DNA from: Candidatus Helarchaeota ASGARD archaeon Hel_GB_B
GTDB taxonomy: Archaea; Asgardarchaeota; Lokiarchaeia; Helarchaeales; HEL-GB-B
Assembly (NCBI GenBank): GCA_005191425.1
Contig: SUPR01000002.1
Location: 30,001-62,000 of the forward strand
DNA: 32,000 nt
Direction of reading: 5' to 3'
Positions 1-9,375 of this stretch are shown here, piece after piece. Both the position numbers and the translations under genes were made by a program. Positions within the stretch are counted from its first letter, which is position 1, and each line of letters starts with the position of its first letter. The notes below the pieces were generated by a model that did no database searches, was not told the DNA's origin, and saw nothing but the letters and a program-made list of their open reading frames with translations.

Positions 1-390
1 ATTCAAGAATTTACAAGGTAAAAAATTTATAATTTCTATACTTTGCTTTATTACTGCTTGTTTTGGGTGTTTATTATTAATACCAGTTTTTTTTTAAAAA
101 TTAAATTAAATTTCTTATCAAAATTAATTTTTCTAGATATAATTCTCAATAAATGTATTTTTTAAATAAAATACAATAAATATTGGTCTAATAAAAAATA
201 TCCAAGTAATAAATCCAAAACATAATAAAACTAAATCCTAAAACATACTTTTTATGTTGAAAATCTTTATATCTTGGTCTCAAAAATTTATATATTTTTA
301 TAACAAATAATAATCTCAATAATAAATAATAATCTTAATAACTCTATAATTTTATAGGAAATTTGATTTCCGCATTTAGAAGATGGTTTT

Positions 391-1050
391 ATGGTAGATG
401 ATAAAGAGCAGAGAACAAAAACCGAAAATAAAAATCCATATGACATCTGTACATGGCGTGATAGTTCAAATTGCAAAGGTTGTAATTTAAATGAGAATTT
501 GAATTGTAGATTTAATGGATTAAATAAGTCTAGTTTGATTTTTGGTCTGTCATTTTTTTTGTATTTAGTACCTGTTTTAATAGGGATGATATGGTCCAAT
601 TTGGTTATATATATTATTTTCTGGGTAATATATACAATATTCTTTTTTCAATTCTGGGAAATCCGCGTTTTATGTAGACATTGCCCTTTTTGGTCTGAAG
701 GTGGAAAAATACTTCATTGTTTTGCTAATTATGGTTTTTACAAAGTTTGGAAATATAATCCAGGTCCAATGACTAAATGGGAGAAGGCCCAATTTTTAGT
801 TGGAATAGCTATATTAATGGGTTATTTTATTCCATTTCTGGTTGTATATAATCAACTTTTAATGTTAATAATAACGATAATTGGAATTATCTTTTTCTTT
901 GTGAATGTTTTTATTAACCATTGTCCTAAATGTGTAAATTTTTCATGTCCATTCAACAGAGTTCCAAAGAAAATAGTAGATGGATATTTGAAATTAAATC
1001 CAGTTATAAAAGACGCTTGGGAAAAAAAAGGATATAAAATAGGGAATTAA
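391..1050 (+). CDS. Hypothetical Cys-rich integral membrane protein
   Basis: 219-aa ORF with about 4 hydrophobic segments and three Cys clusters (CTW..SNCKGC..NC; CRHCP..LHC; HCPKCVNFSCP). No family confidently recognised. Confidence 0.75.
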   Translation: MVDDKEQRTKTENKNPYDICTWRDSSNCKGCNLNENLNCRFNGLNKSSLIFGLSFFLYLVPVLIGMIWSNLVIYIIFWVIYTIFFFQFWEIRVLCRHCPFWSEGGKILHCFANYGFYKVWKYNPGPMTKWEKAQFLVGIAILMGYFIPFLVVYNQLLMLIITIIGIIFFFVNVFINHCPKCVNFSCPFNRVPKKIVDGYLKLNPVIKDAWEKKGYKIGN

Positions 1051-1151
1051 TAGGTTCTCTTAAGAACTTTTTAAAAATAATTCCAATATAATCCACCAAT
1101 TATTATTGAACGATATAGATAATCTAAATTACTAATTCAATGAATTGAAAA

Positions 1152-2063
1152 ATGGGCTCAATTAGTTCTAAATCCGAAATAAAGCAACGTGCAACCTCTT
1201 ATTTCGAAAAAAATTTAGATTTTAATCAAATTGATAAATTTCAAGTGAAGTCAATAAATGAACTATTAAAAGAAGAATATGAATTAATTCCTGACAAGGA
1301 ACGGATCGGAAAAGGAAGGGTATATCTAATTAAAATTATAGCTAAAACATTATACCAATTAATTAAAAGCAAATTTCCGAAAATGAATTCAGATGAAACT
1401 CAGGGGCATGAATTTTTAATAAATATTTTAAAACTTATTAAAAACTGTAATAATATTAATGATAAGAATATTTCGATATTTGCAATTCATTTAACTTCAA
1501 ATTTAGTTTTAGATTATTTTGACGATGCTATTTCTTTGGTCGAAAATTGGATAGATAACGAAGATTGGGAAATTAGAGAAAATAGTGTTTATCCAATATT
1601 ATCTGGATTGAAAACTAACCGAGAAAAGACAATAGAATTTTTAAGAAAATGGATAAAAAGTGAGAACCCAAATTTTCGAAGATTTGTTGCAGAATCATTA
1701 CGACCTAGAGCAGAAATAAAATGGTTGAGAGACCCGACCCAAAATGATGAAATTTTAAAAATATTAACCGAATTAAACCATGATAATTCAATCTATGTGA
1801 GAAAATCTGTAGGTAATAATTTAAAAGACCTTTCCAAATATATGCCCGAAAAAATTCTAACTCTGATAGAAGAATGGTTAAACGAAAAAGAAAAATTGAA
1901 CGAAAAAGAACAAAAAAATTTAATATGGACTATTTATCAAGCTTTAAGATGGCTTAAAGATAAAAATCCAAAATATCACAAATGGATCGAAAAATTAGTG
2001 GGAAAAAATTATCTGCTATATTTTGATGAAAAAAGAAATAGAAATGCTATTCCAAGAAAATAA
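1152..2063 (+). CDS. HEAT-repeat DNA alkylation repair family protein (AlkD-like)
   Basis: HEAT-like motifs WIKSENPNFRRFVAESLRPR and DNSIYVRKSVGNNLKDLSK are typical of AlkD-related repeats. Confidence 0.72.
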   Translation: MGSISSKSEIKQRATSYFEKNLDFNQIDKFQVKSINELLKEEYELIPDKERIGKGRVYLIKIIAKTLYQLIKSKFPKMNSDETQGHEFLINILKLIKNCNNINDKNISIFAIHLTSNLVLDYFDDAISLVENWIDNEDWEIRENSVYPILSGLKTNREKTIEFLRKWIKSENPNFRRFVAESLRPRAEIKWLRDPTQNDEILKILTELNHDNSIYVRKSVGNNLKDLSKYMPEKILTLIEEWLNEKEKLNEKEQKNLIWTIYQALRWLKDKNPKYHKWIEKLVGKNYLLYFDEKRNRNAIPRK

Positions 2064-2537
2064 ATTTAGCCTTCTATTATTTTAGTCATTAAAATTTCAG
2101 CCATTTTTTTCTCTAAAATTTTAATTTGGATAATATTTTTATTTTAATTTTTTAATTCACATCTTTATTATTCTAAATAATTGGAAAATATTGTAAACTT
2201 AAGCCAATTAATTAATAAATCGGATATTATTAACCCAAATGATGATTGGAAATCCAATAAATCAACTTAAAATGAAATTCTAAATTCTTGTTTCAACGAC
2301 TGGATTTGCGCATTTTTTAATTTATAAATAAAAATTTCTATTAATAAATAATTTTTATAAATGATGTAATAAAATGGAAGTTTGACATAAAACATACTTT
2401 ATTATTAATTAATTTTTCACATATTATCATTTAATATTACTGTATTTTCATCTTAAATCTTATCTTATAATTTGCGACTAACCAAGTAGGGTAGTTTAAA
2501 AGGAATTTTGAAATAATAGTAGTATAAATTTTTTAGG

Positions 2538-2849
2538 ATGAAAAAAATGAATGTCAAGAACGTTCTAGGAATTTATAAAATAGATAATAGAGGATTATGT
2601 GAAGAATATAGAAAATTTAAAAAAGCAAAAAAACAATTTGACCCTCAATTGATTGCAGGATTTTTTTATGCGATAAATAATTTCACGAATGATTATTTTG
2701 GAGAAAAATTGATGACGTTAAATACTAGAAACTATAAAATAATTTTTAAAAAAGACGGACATTCTTTGATTGTTTATATTGTAGATAATAAACTCGACAA
2801 TTATGAGTTGTTAGAATCCGAACTTTCTTGTGAATGCCAAATTTTTTAA
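2538..2849 (+). CDS. Small longin-like protein
   Basis: Pattern IYKIDNRGLC..DPQLIAGFFYAINNF..GEKLMTL..YKIIFKK..LIVYIVD resembles the Asgard longin (beta-beta-alpha-beta-beta-beta) pattern. Recognised by eye only. Confidence 0.55.
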   Translation: MKKMNVKNVLGIYKIDNRGLCEEYRKFKKAKKQFDPQLIAGFFYAINNFTNDYFGEKLMTLNTRNYKIIFKKDGHSLIVYIVDNKLDNYELLESELSCECQIF

Positions 2850-3072
2850 TATTTATTTAAATATAAATCAAAAAATTACTTTTTAGCCGTTTTTTTTAGT
2901 ATTTTAATACTTTAAGATGATTTCTTTTAAATTTGAATTTTTATTAATCACATTTATTAAAAGAAAATACAAATTAAAAATTGCTAAATAATAATCTCTT
3001 TAACAAATTTAAGCGGAACATTGTGAAATCAGTCAAAAAATCTAGAAAATAAATATTATAAAGTGAATAACT

Positions 3073-3315
3073 TTGAATATTGATAATAAATTATTAATTA
3101 TTCATGAAAATAACTGTACAAATTGTAGGACATGCCAATTAAGATGTTCTTTTTTACATTTTCAAGAATTCAATCCTTCTAAAGCATATATATTAATCGA
3201 TAGTACTGGATTATTTCCTAAAATTTCGTTTCACAAGGATTGTAAAAAATGTGGAATTTGTATTGACTATTGTTTATATGATGTATTTGAATTAGTTGAG
3301 GTGGACAATCAATGA
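3073..3315 (+). CDS. 4Fe-4S dicluster ferredoxin associated with AOR
   Basis: TTG start; CTNCRTCQLRC and CKKCGICIDYC motifs; overlaps the AOR start by 4 nt (ATGA). Confidence 0.82.
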   Translation: MNIDNKLLIIHENNCTNCRTCQLRCSFLHFQEFNPSKAYILIDSTGLFPKISFHKDCKKCGICIDYCLYDVFELVEVDNQ

Positions 3316-5213
3316 AATTCTTTGGATATACTGGCAAAATACTTAAAATAGACTTGACAGATAATGAGTTTCAAATAATATCTTTAGACGAAAATGATGT
3401 TAACGAATATATTGGTGGTATTGGGATAAATACGAAACTATTAGCAGATAATTTAAATCCAAACATAGACCCACTTTCTCTTGATAATGTTATAATAATT
3501 GGTACAGGCCCATTAGTAGGTACCATAGTACCGGGCGCATCAAGGACAGTAGGTACTACAAAATTTCCTGCATCAAATGCTATTACATCTGTTTGTGGAA
3601 GTTCTGCTTTTGGGATGAATTTAAAATTAGCTGGCTATGACCATATAATAATTACAGGGGGTTCCGAGAACCTTATATATATTGAAATTTCTGATAAAAA
3701 AATCAAATTACATGATGCATCTAAATTACAAGGTAAGGACATTGTTGAAACAACAGACTATTTAAAATCAAAAAATGGAGATTGTAGCGTAATTACTAAT
3801 GGAACTGCCGGTGAAAACTTAGTAAAATTTGCAATGGCTTCAATTGATAAAGTTTCTACATTTGGGCGGGCCGGATTAGGTGCTATTATGGGCTCAAAAA
3901 AATTAAAAGCAATTGTTGCAAAAGGGAAATCTGGGGTTAAAATTGCCAAGCCAAAACAATTTTGGGAATTATATAATAAGTTAATAAACCGGATCAAAAA
4001 TTATTCGCATTTAAAGGAGTGGCAAAAATTAGGACAACTTAAAACTGCACCATTAGGAATGCTTTTTGCTGCTGTAGGCTGGAAACAGAAAATAAAGCAA
4101 AGTTCAAATAGAACTTATTTAAAAAAATTAAAAAAACGGAGAATAGCTTGTCCATCTTGTCCAATTGGTGACAAAGATGTTTTGGAAATAAAAGAAGGTA
4201 AATTTAAAGGATTAATAAATTATACATCATCAGCCTTAAACGATTTTTTATTGTTTTTCCTAGAAGACATATCTTCTTATGAAGAAGCTGTAAAGGCATT
4301 TGATGTTATTGATAGGACTGGCCTCGATGCATTAACAATGACTCAATATCTGGAATTTTGTACTGATTTATATAGAAAAGGCGTTATTTCAGAAAAAGAA
4401 ACAGGAATTCAATGGAAAAAAGATTTCGAAACTCTTATGAAAGTTTGTAAAATGGTTATAAAAAGAGAAGGGTTTGGTAAAATCTTGGCAGATGGTTGGA
4501 AAAAATTATCTGAGGTTTATAATGATTATGAGAAAGACATGTTAATAGTAAAAGGAGTCGAACAAGTTTTTGATCCTAGGATAATGCGCCTTGGGACAAT
4601 GGAATTTGAGCAAGTAGTGAACCCAAAAGGAGCTCATGTCGCAAGTGGTGGTTCTCCTACTTACTTTTCTCCAGGAAGACCTTTAGAATCTTTTAAAACG
4701 CATTTTTATCGTATGGGCATACCTGAAAATGCAATGTCGAGACTTTTTTCTCCTCCACTCCCAAATATGGGAATTAATATTGGTAGACTGACCCGGTATT
4801 CCGAAGATTGGTATACAGTCTTGACTTCTCTTGGTATATGCGCTAGGGCTCAAATTAACCGCTTTTACAGTTTAAAATTAGCGACTGAATTTTATCAAAC
4901 AGTAACTGGCTTAGAAAAAAATGAAGAGGACCTAAGAAAATCCGCTGAAAGAACTTGGAATCTTATGAAATTATTAAATGTCAAAGTAGGTTTTGATCGG
5001 TCTCAAGATAAATTTCCTCCCGCGTGGTTTAAACCACTTTTAATGGGTAACGCAGAATTAAAATTAATGGATTTCTATGCAGGAATTGAGATTACTCCAG
5101 AAATTGCAGAAAAACTAATTGATGATTATTATGATGAAAGAGGATGGGATATTAAAAGAGGAATTCCTAGGAAAGAAAAAATCGAAGAATTAAACTTATC
5201 AAAATATATTTAA
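3312..5213 (+). CDS. aor: Tungsten-type aldehyde:ferredoxin oxidoreductase family protein
   Basis: N-terminal GYTGKILKIDLT, GRAGLGAIMGSKKLKAIV, CPSCPIG, DRTGLD and C-terminal YYDERGWD..GIP..EKIEELNL; 633 aa. Confidence 0.93.
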   Translation: MKFFGYTGKILKIDLTDNEFQIISLDENDVNEYIGGIGINTKLLADNLNPNIDPLSLDNVIIIGTGPLVGTIVPGASRTVGTTKFPASNAITSVCGSSAFGMNLKLAGYDHIIITGGSENLIYIEISDKKIKLHDASKLQGKDIVETTDYLKSKNGDCSVITNGTAGENLVKFAMASIDKVSTFGRAGLGAIMGSKKLKAIVAKGKSGVKIAKPKQFWELYNKLINRIKNYSHLKEWQKLGQLKTAPLGMLFAAVGWKQKIKQSSNRTYLKKLKKRRIACPSCPIGDKDVLEIKEGKFKGLINYTSSALNDFLLFFLEDISSYEEAVKAFDVIDRTGLDALTMTQYLEFCTDLYRKGVISEKETGIQWKKDFETLMKVCKMVIKREGFGKILADGWKKLSEVYNDYEKDMLIVKGVEQVFDPRIMRLGTMEFEQVVNPKGAHVASGGSPTYFSPGRPLESFKTHFYRMGIPENAMSRLFSPPLPNMGINIGRLTRYSEDWYTVLTSLGICARAQINRFYSLKLATEFYQTVTGLEKNEEDLRKSAERTWNLMKLLNVKVGFDRSQDKFPPAWFKPLLMGNAELKLMDFYAGIEITPEIAEKLIDDYYDERGWDIKRGIPRKEKIEELNLSKYI

Positions 5214-5438
5214 TTACTTTTTTAATTAAATTTGAAAGAATTAATGCTTATTGAACTTTTTTAATATAATTTATCAAACAATAAAATAAAATTTATTTGA
5301 AAATAATAGATAGGAATTCCAACTTTATAAATAAGCGTCCACTTTACCAATTTATTCTGATACTATACCTATTCGACATTCTATTGGTTTAAAATTCGAG
5401 TTAAATTTTTAATTTTTAATCTTTAACCTTTTTTGTGT

Positions 5439-6275
5439 TTAATAGATTAGAATTTGTTGCACAATTAATACAAGTGTAAAAACAATCAGAATAATCCCTA
5501 CTAATAAATTCAATATTCGTTCAGACACTTTATGAACAATAAAAGAGCTAATTAATGTTCCACAAATAGCCGCAATCCCAAATATAAAAATGCCAAAATA
5601 AACTACATCTACAGGTGAATAGGAAATATATGGGATATTTGCCATTAAAGAAACGATAAACATATAAAAAACCCCAGTCCCAGTAGCTCTTCTTGTCTTC
5701 ATTTGATATATAATTATTAATCCAGTTGTAATGACCATTCCACCACCTACACCAAGCAACCCTGCGAGAAATCCATATATTATAGACAGGCCAAAAATAA
5801 TCGCAATCTTTAATTTTCCAGAAGAAAAGAACTCTGATAATGATTTAAATTGATTAATGTAGATGTCTTCCTTTAAATCTTTCTTCGTTTTAAATCCTTT
5901 ATTAATAAAAAAGATTGCAATTCCTATTAAAATTAATATATATATAATTTTCATTGTCCCCCCAAGTGTGACTAAATAATTAAATGTGATAAATGACCCC
6001 AAGTATGAAGCTAATCCTCCTGTTATACCCAAAACAATTGACAATTTATATTCTATAATTTTTCGTTTTCCATAAATAATTGACAAAATCATTGTATCGA
6101 TAAAATCAATTAATAAAGAGGAACCAATTGCAATTAAAAGATTTACTCCAAACATGATAAATAATAAAGGTACAATTATCGCATTTGCTGTCTGACCGAC
6201 TACTCCAGTGGATATTCCTATTAATATTCCAATTGGAATAGCTATTCCTATCAATATTAAACTATTTATTTCCAT
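5439..6275 (-). CDS. TauE/SafE family (sulfite exporter-like) membrane protein
   Basis: Two-fold repeated hydrophobic protein with GLLGVGGGMVIT..R.ATGT motif; 278 aa. Confidence 0.85.
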   Translation of the reverse strand: MEINSLILIGIAIPIGILIGISTGVVGQTANAIIVPLLFIMFGVNLLIAIGSSLLIDFIDTMILSIIYGKRKIIEYKLSIVLGITGGLASYLGSFITFNYLVTLGGTMKIIYILILIGIAIFFINKGFKTKKDLKEDIYINQFKSLSEFFSSGKLKIAIIFGLSIIYGFLAGLLGVGGGMVITTGLIIIYQMKTRRATGTGVFYMFIVSLMANIPYISYSPVDVVYFGIFIFGIAAICGTLISSFIVHKVSERILNLLVGIILIVFTLVLIVQQILIY

Positions 6276-6651
6276 AATAATCTATCGAAAAAATAATTAT
6301 ATTCAAAACCGATCTTATTATTAATTAATTTTCTGGTTTTGAAACCATTTTTTAAAAAAGGGTATTTTACTCTAAAATTTAATTTTTATTTTAATATTAG
6401 AGATTTAATGTTAATCTCATAATTTGATAAATTTTTTCAAGTAAAAAACATATTGCTAGAATATATCATTTATCTTGTATATCTAATAGTAAAGTATTTT
6501 TATAATAATAAATAAATTAAAGAATTATTATGGAAATTAATCACATTTTAAACTAATACTTATTTATAAACTGGATTTTAAAGATATTGTTAAGAAAATA
6601 TTTTAATTATTATAATAATAAAGGAAATAAATGGAAAAAAATAAGATAATA

Positions 6652-6782
6652 TGGACCGGCCGGGAATTTCGTCTAAGTCCACAAAGAAATCCAAACGAAT
6701 TTCATTTTTTTAGAGGACTAAATTTCGAACCCGGGGCCTCCAGATTGCAAGTCTGACGATCTACCAACTGATCTACCGGCCC
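6652..6782 (-). tRNA. tRNA-Ala(UGC) with a 58-nt intron in the T-loop (59/60)
   Basis: Minus strand reads GGGCCGG-TA-GATC-AGTTGGTA-GATC-G-TCAGA-CTTGCAA-TCTGG-AGGCC-CCGGG-TTCGAA[intron]T-CCCGG-CCGGTCC-A. The G3:U70 Ala identity pair is present and the mature length is 73 nt. Confidence 0.97.
6666..6723 (-). other. Archaeal BHB intron in tRNA-Ala, position 59/60
   Basis: T-stem CCGGG/CCCGG; central helix UUCG/CGAA; bulges AA^A and AU^U; intron stem UUUAGUCC/GGACUUAGA; inner hairpin GAAAUUC/GGAUUUC. Confidence 0.93.
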
Positions 6783-7022
6783 TTTTTCTATTTTTCAATT
6801 AAAATGTTAAAACATTAATCTAATTCATTTATATTACTAAAAGTTTTTAAGTTTTTACATTATAAAAATTTTTTGTTATTATTTTAGATGATAATTACTA
6901 TAATTTACAAAAAATGAAATTAAATAAATAAAAAAAGATTTTGATATATTGAAAACCAAATCTGAAATAATTTCCACAAAAATTTTTAGATATAGCTCAT
7001 TATTAAAATTGGTGCCTATCAA

Positions 7023-9365
7023 ATGAAAATCGGTGTTTTTATTTGTCATTGCGGTACTAATATCGCTGGAGTAGTTGATATAGATAGAGTTAAAGAAGAA
7101 TTAATGGGTTATCCCGATATAGTTATTTTTGATAATCCATATATTTGTTCCAAAACAGGTCTTTTAGATTTAAAAGAGAAAATTAAACAACATCAATTAG
7201 ACCGTATTGTAATAGCTGCATGTTCTCCTAAAATGCATGGTAATTTATTTCAAGACTTATTAAATGAAATTGGAATTAATCGGTTTCTTCTAGAAATAGC
7301 AAATATCCGCGAACAAGATTCGTGGGTTCATCATAGTCATCCTGAAGCTGCTACAATTAAAGCAATTGATATTATTAAAATGGCTGTTGAAAAAGTTAAA
7401 AAATTAGAGCCATTAAAAAGAATCAAAATACAAACAGAGAACCAAGCTCTTGTAATTGGTGGAGGAATAGCTGGGATAACTGCATCCTTAAAATTAGCAA
7501 ATTTGGGAATTAAAGTATATTTAGTTGAGAAGAGTCCAAGTATCGGCGGACATATGGCAGAATATGATAAAACTTTCCCAACAATGGACTGCGCCATTTG
7601 TATATTAGCTCCCCTTATGAGTGAAGTCTCTACAAACCCAAGAATTGAAGTCCTCGATTATTCTGAAGTTGTCGAGGTAAAAGGTCAAGTGGGTAATTTT
7701 GAAGTTACTGTTGAAAAAAAGCCTAGATTTATCGACCCGACCAAATGTATATCTGGTTGTATAGAAGACTGTAGTTCTAATTGTCCTATAGAAATTCCTA
7801 ATGTCTTTAATAGATTTGGTACAAACAAGGCTATTTATATTTCATTTCCGCAAGCAGTACCATTAATGGCAGCTATTGATAACAATTATTGTATTGGTTG
7901 TAGGAGCTGTCAGACATTTTGTAAAAGAGAAGCTATTAATTTTTATCAAGAACCCGAGCAAATTAAAATAAAAGTGGGAGTAATTATTGCTGCCATTGGG
8001 TTTGAGCCATACGACCCAACTCCACTCGAAGAATATGGATATTCAAGGTACAAAAATGTTATCACTTCTATTGAATTAGAGCGAATCCTATCACCTTTTG
8101 GCCCAACTAAAGGTAAATTATTGAGGCCTTCGGATGGGAAACCTATTAAGAGAGTTGCATTTATACAGTGTGTAGGAAGCAGAAATGAACAAATTGGACG
8201 ATTACATTGTTCTGGCGTGTGTTGTATGTCTACTATTAAAGAATCTATTCAAATAAAAACAAGAATTCCTGATGCAAATATATCTGTTTTTTATATTGAT
8301 ATCCGGACATATGGAAAAGGTTTTGAAGAATTTTACGAAAATTCACAAGTCAAATATAATATAAATTATATAAGAGGTAGAGTTGCTGAAATTTACGAAG
8401 ACCCAACCACTCAAAATTTAATCCTTAGAGCAGAAGACACAAATTTATGCTCTTTAGTTGAGCTTGAATTTGACTTGGTCGTCCTAGCTATTGGAATAGA
8501 CCCTCCAAAAGATATTGATAAATTGACTAACATACTAAATATTTCAAAATCATCAGATGGTTTTTTTCAAGCAAGACACCCAAAACTAAGGCCGGAAGAG
8601 TCGACTCTTCAAGGTGTATATTTAGCAGGATGTGCACATGGACCTAAAAATATTCATGAAACTGTTATTCATGCAAAAGCAGCGGCGGTTGAATCTGCGT
8701 CCATTATTCAAAAAGGAGAAATAATGATCGATCCAATTGCCTCTAAAATTGACTATGAAAAATGTATTAATTGTAAATTATGCATGAAAGTCTGTGATTC
8801 TAAAGCTATTCGGGAAATAGATAAGAAAATTGTTATTAATGAAGCCAATTGCCTTGGTTGTGGTGCATGTGCAGCTGCATGTCCAACTGGTGCATTAAAC
8901 ATCCCCAATTTTACTAATGAACAAATAATATCCCAAATTTCTGCATTAAAAAAGAGTGATTATCCCTATATTGTAGGTTTTTTCTGCAACTGGTGTGCCT
9001 ATAATGCAGCCGATTTAGCAGGGGTTATGAGAGTAGAATATCCACCAAACCTTAGAATTGTTCGCGTGATGTGCGCCAGTATGGTAAGTCCTAAATATAT
9101 AATTGAAGCATTTCAGAATGGTGCAGACGGTGTTTTGGTCGTTGGTTGTTATGAAAATGATTGTCATTATCGTACTGGATTTACAAAAGCATTACATCGA
9201 ATAAAAATTATGAAAGAAATGTTGAACCAATTTGGTATTAATAATAAAAGACTAAAGATCGACAGTGCCAGCGCAAGTGAAGGAATAAAAATTAAGGAGA
9301 TAGTAGAGAATTTTATTAATGAAATAAAAGATTTAGGGCCGATAGGCACTGAAATTATAAAATGA
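7023..9365 (+). CDS. hdrA: Heterodisulfide reductase subunit A fused to a C-terminal MvhD domain
   Basis: MKIGVFICHCGTNI start, ALVIGGGIAG FAD motif, DKTFPTMDCAICI, FIQCVGSR, ferredoxin motifs, then an MvhD-type GFFCNWCAY..RVMC..ADGVLVVGC..DCHY domain. Confidence 0.95.
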   Translation: MKIGVFICHCGTNIAGVVDIDRVKEELMGYPDIVIFDNPYICSKTGLLDLKEKIKQHQLDRIVIAACSPKMHGNLFQDLLNEIGINRFLLEIANIREQDSWVHHSHPEAATIKAIDIIKMAVEKVKKLEPLKRIKIQTENQALVIGGGIAGITASLKLANLGIKVYLVEKSPSIGGHMAEYDKTFPTMDCAICILAPLMSEVSTNPRIEVLDYSEVVEVKGQVGNFEVTVEKKPRFIDPTKCISGCIEDCSSNCPIEIPNVFNRFGTNKAIYISFPQAVPLMAAIDNNYCIGCRSCQTFCKREAINFYQEPEQIKIKVGVIIAAIGFEPYDPTPLEEYGYSRYKNVITSIELERILSPFGPTKGKLLRPSDGKPIKRVAFIQCVGSRNEQIGRLHCSGVCCMSTIKESIQIKTRIPDANISVFYIDIRTYGKGFEEFYENSQVKYNINYIRGRVAEIYEDPTTQNLILRAEDTNLCSLVELEFDLVVLAIGIDPPKDIDKLTNILNISKSSDGFFQARHPKLRPEESTLQGVYLAGCAHGPKNIHETVIHAKAAAVESASIIQKGEIMIDPIASKIDYEKCINCKLCMKVCDSKAIREIDKKIVINEANCLGCGACAAACPTGALNIPNFTNEQIISQISALKKSDYPYIVGFFCNWCAYNAADLAGVMRVEYPPNLRIVRVMCASMVSPKYIIEAFQNGADGVLVVGCYENDCHYRTGFTKALHRIKIMKEMLNQFGINNKRLKIDSASASEGIKIKEIVENFINEIKDLGPIGTEIIK

Positions 9366-9375
9366 GGTATTAAAA

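Noticed and set aside
288-599. Shadow ORFs in the track (e.g. 288-599, 3758-3997, 7337-7597, 11741-12427, 13514-13807, 15652-16005, 17175-17444, 27148-27594, 31107-31328)
   Set aside because: They lie antisense to or out of frame within well-supported genes and have no recognisable motifs.
6665-6727. 7-bp direct repeat (aatttcg) at both ends of the tRNA-Ala intron as a target-site duplication
   Set aside because: The copies are 56 nt apart, not the 58-nt intron length, and the repeat largely follows from the palindromic TTCGAA pairing required by the BHB.
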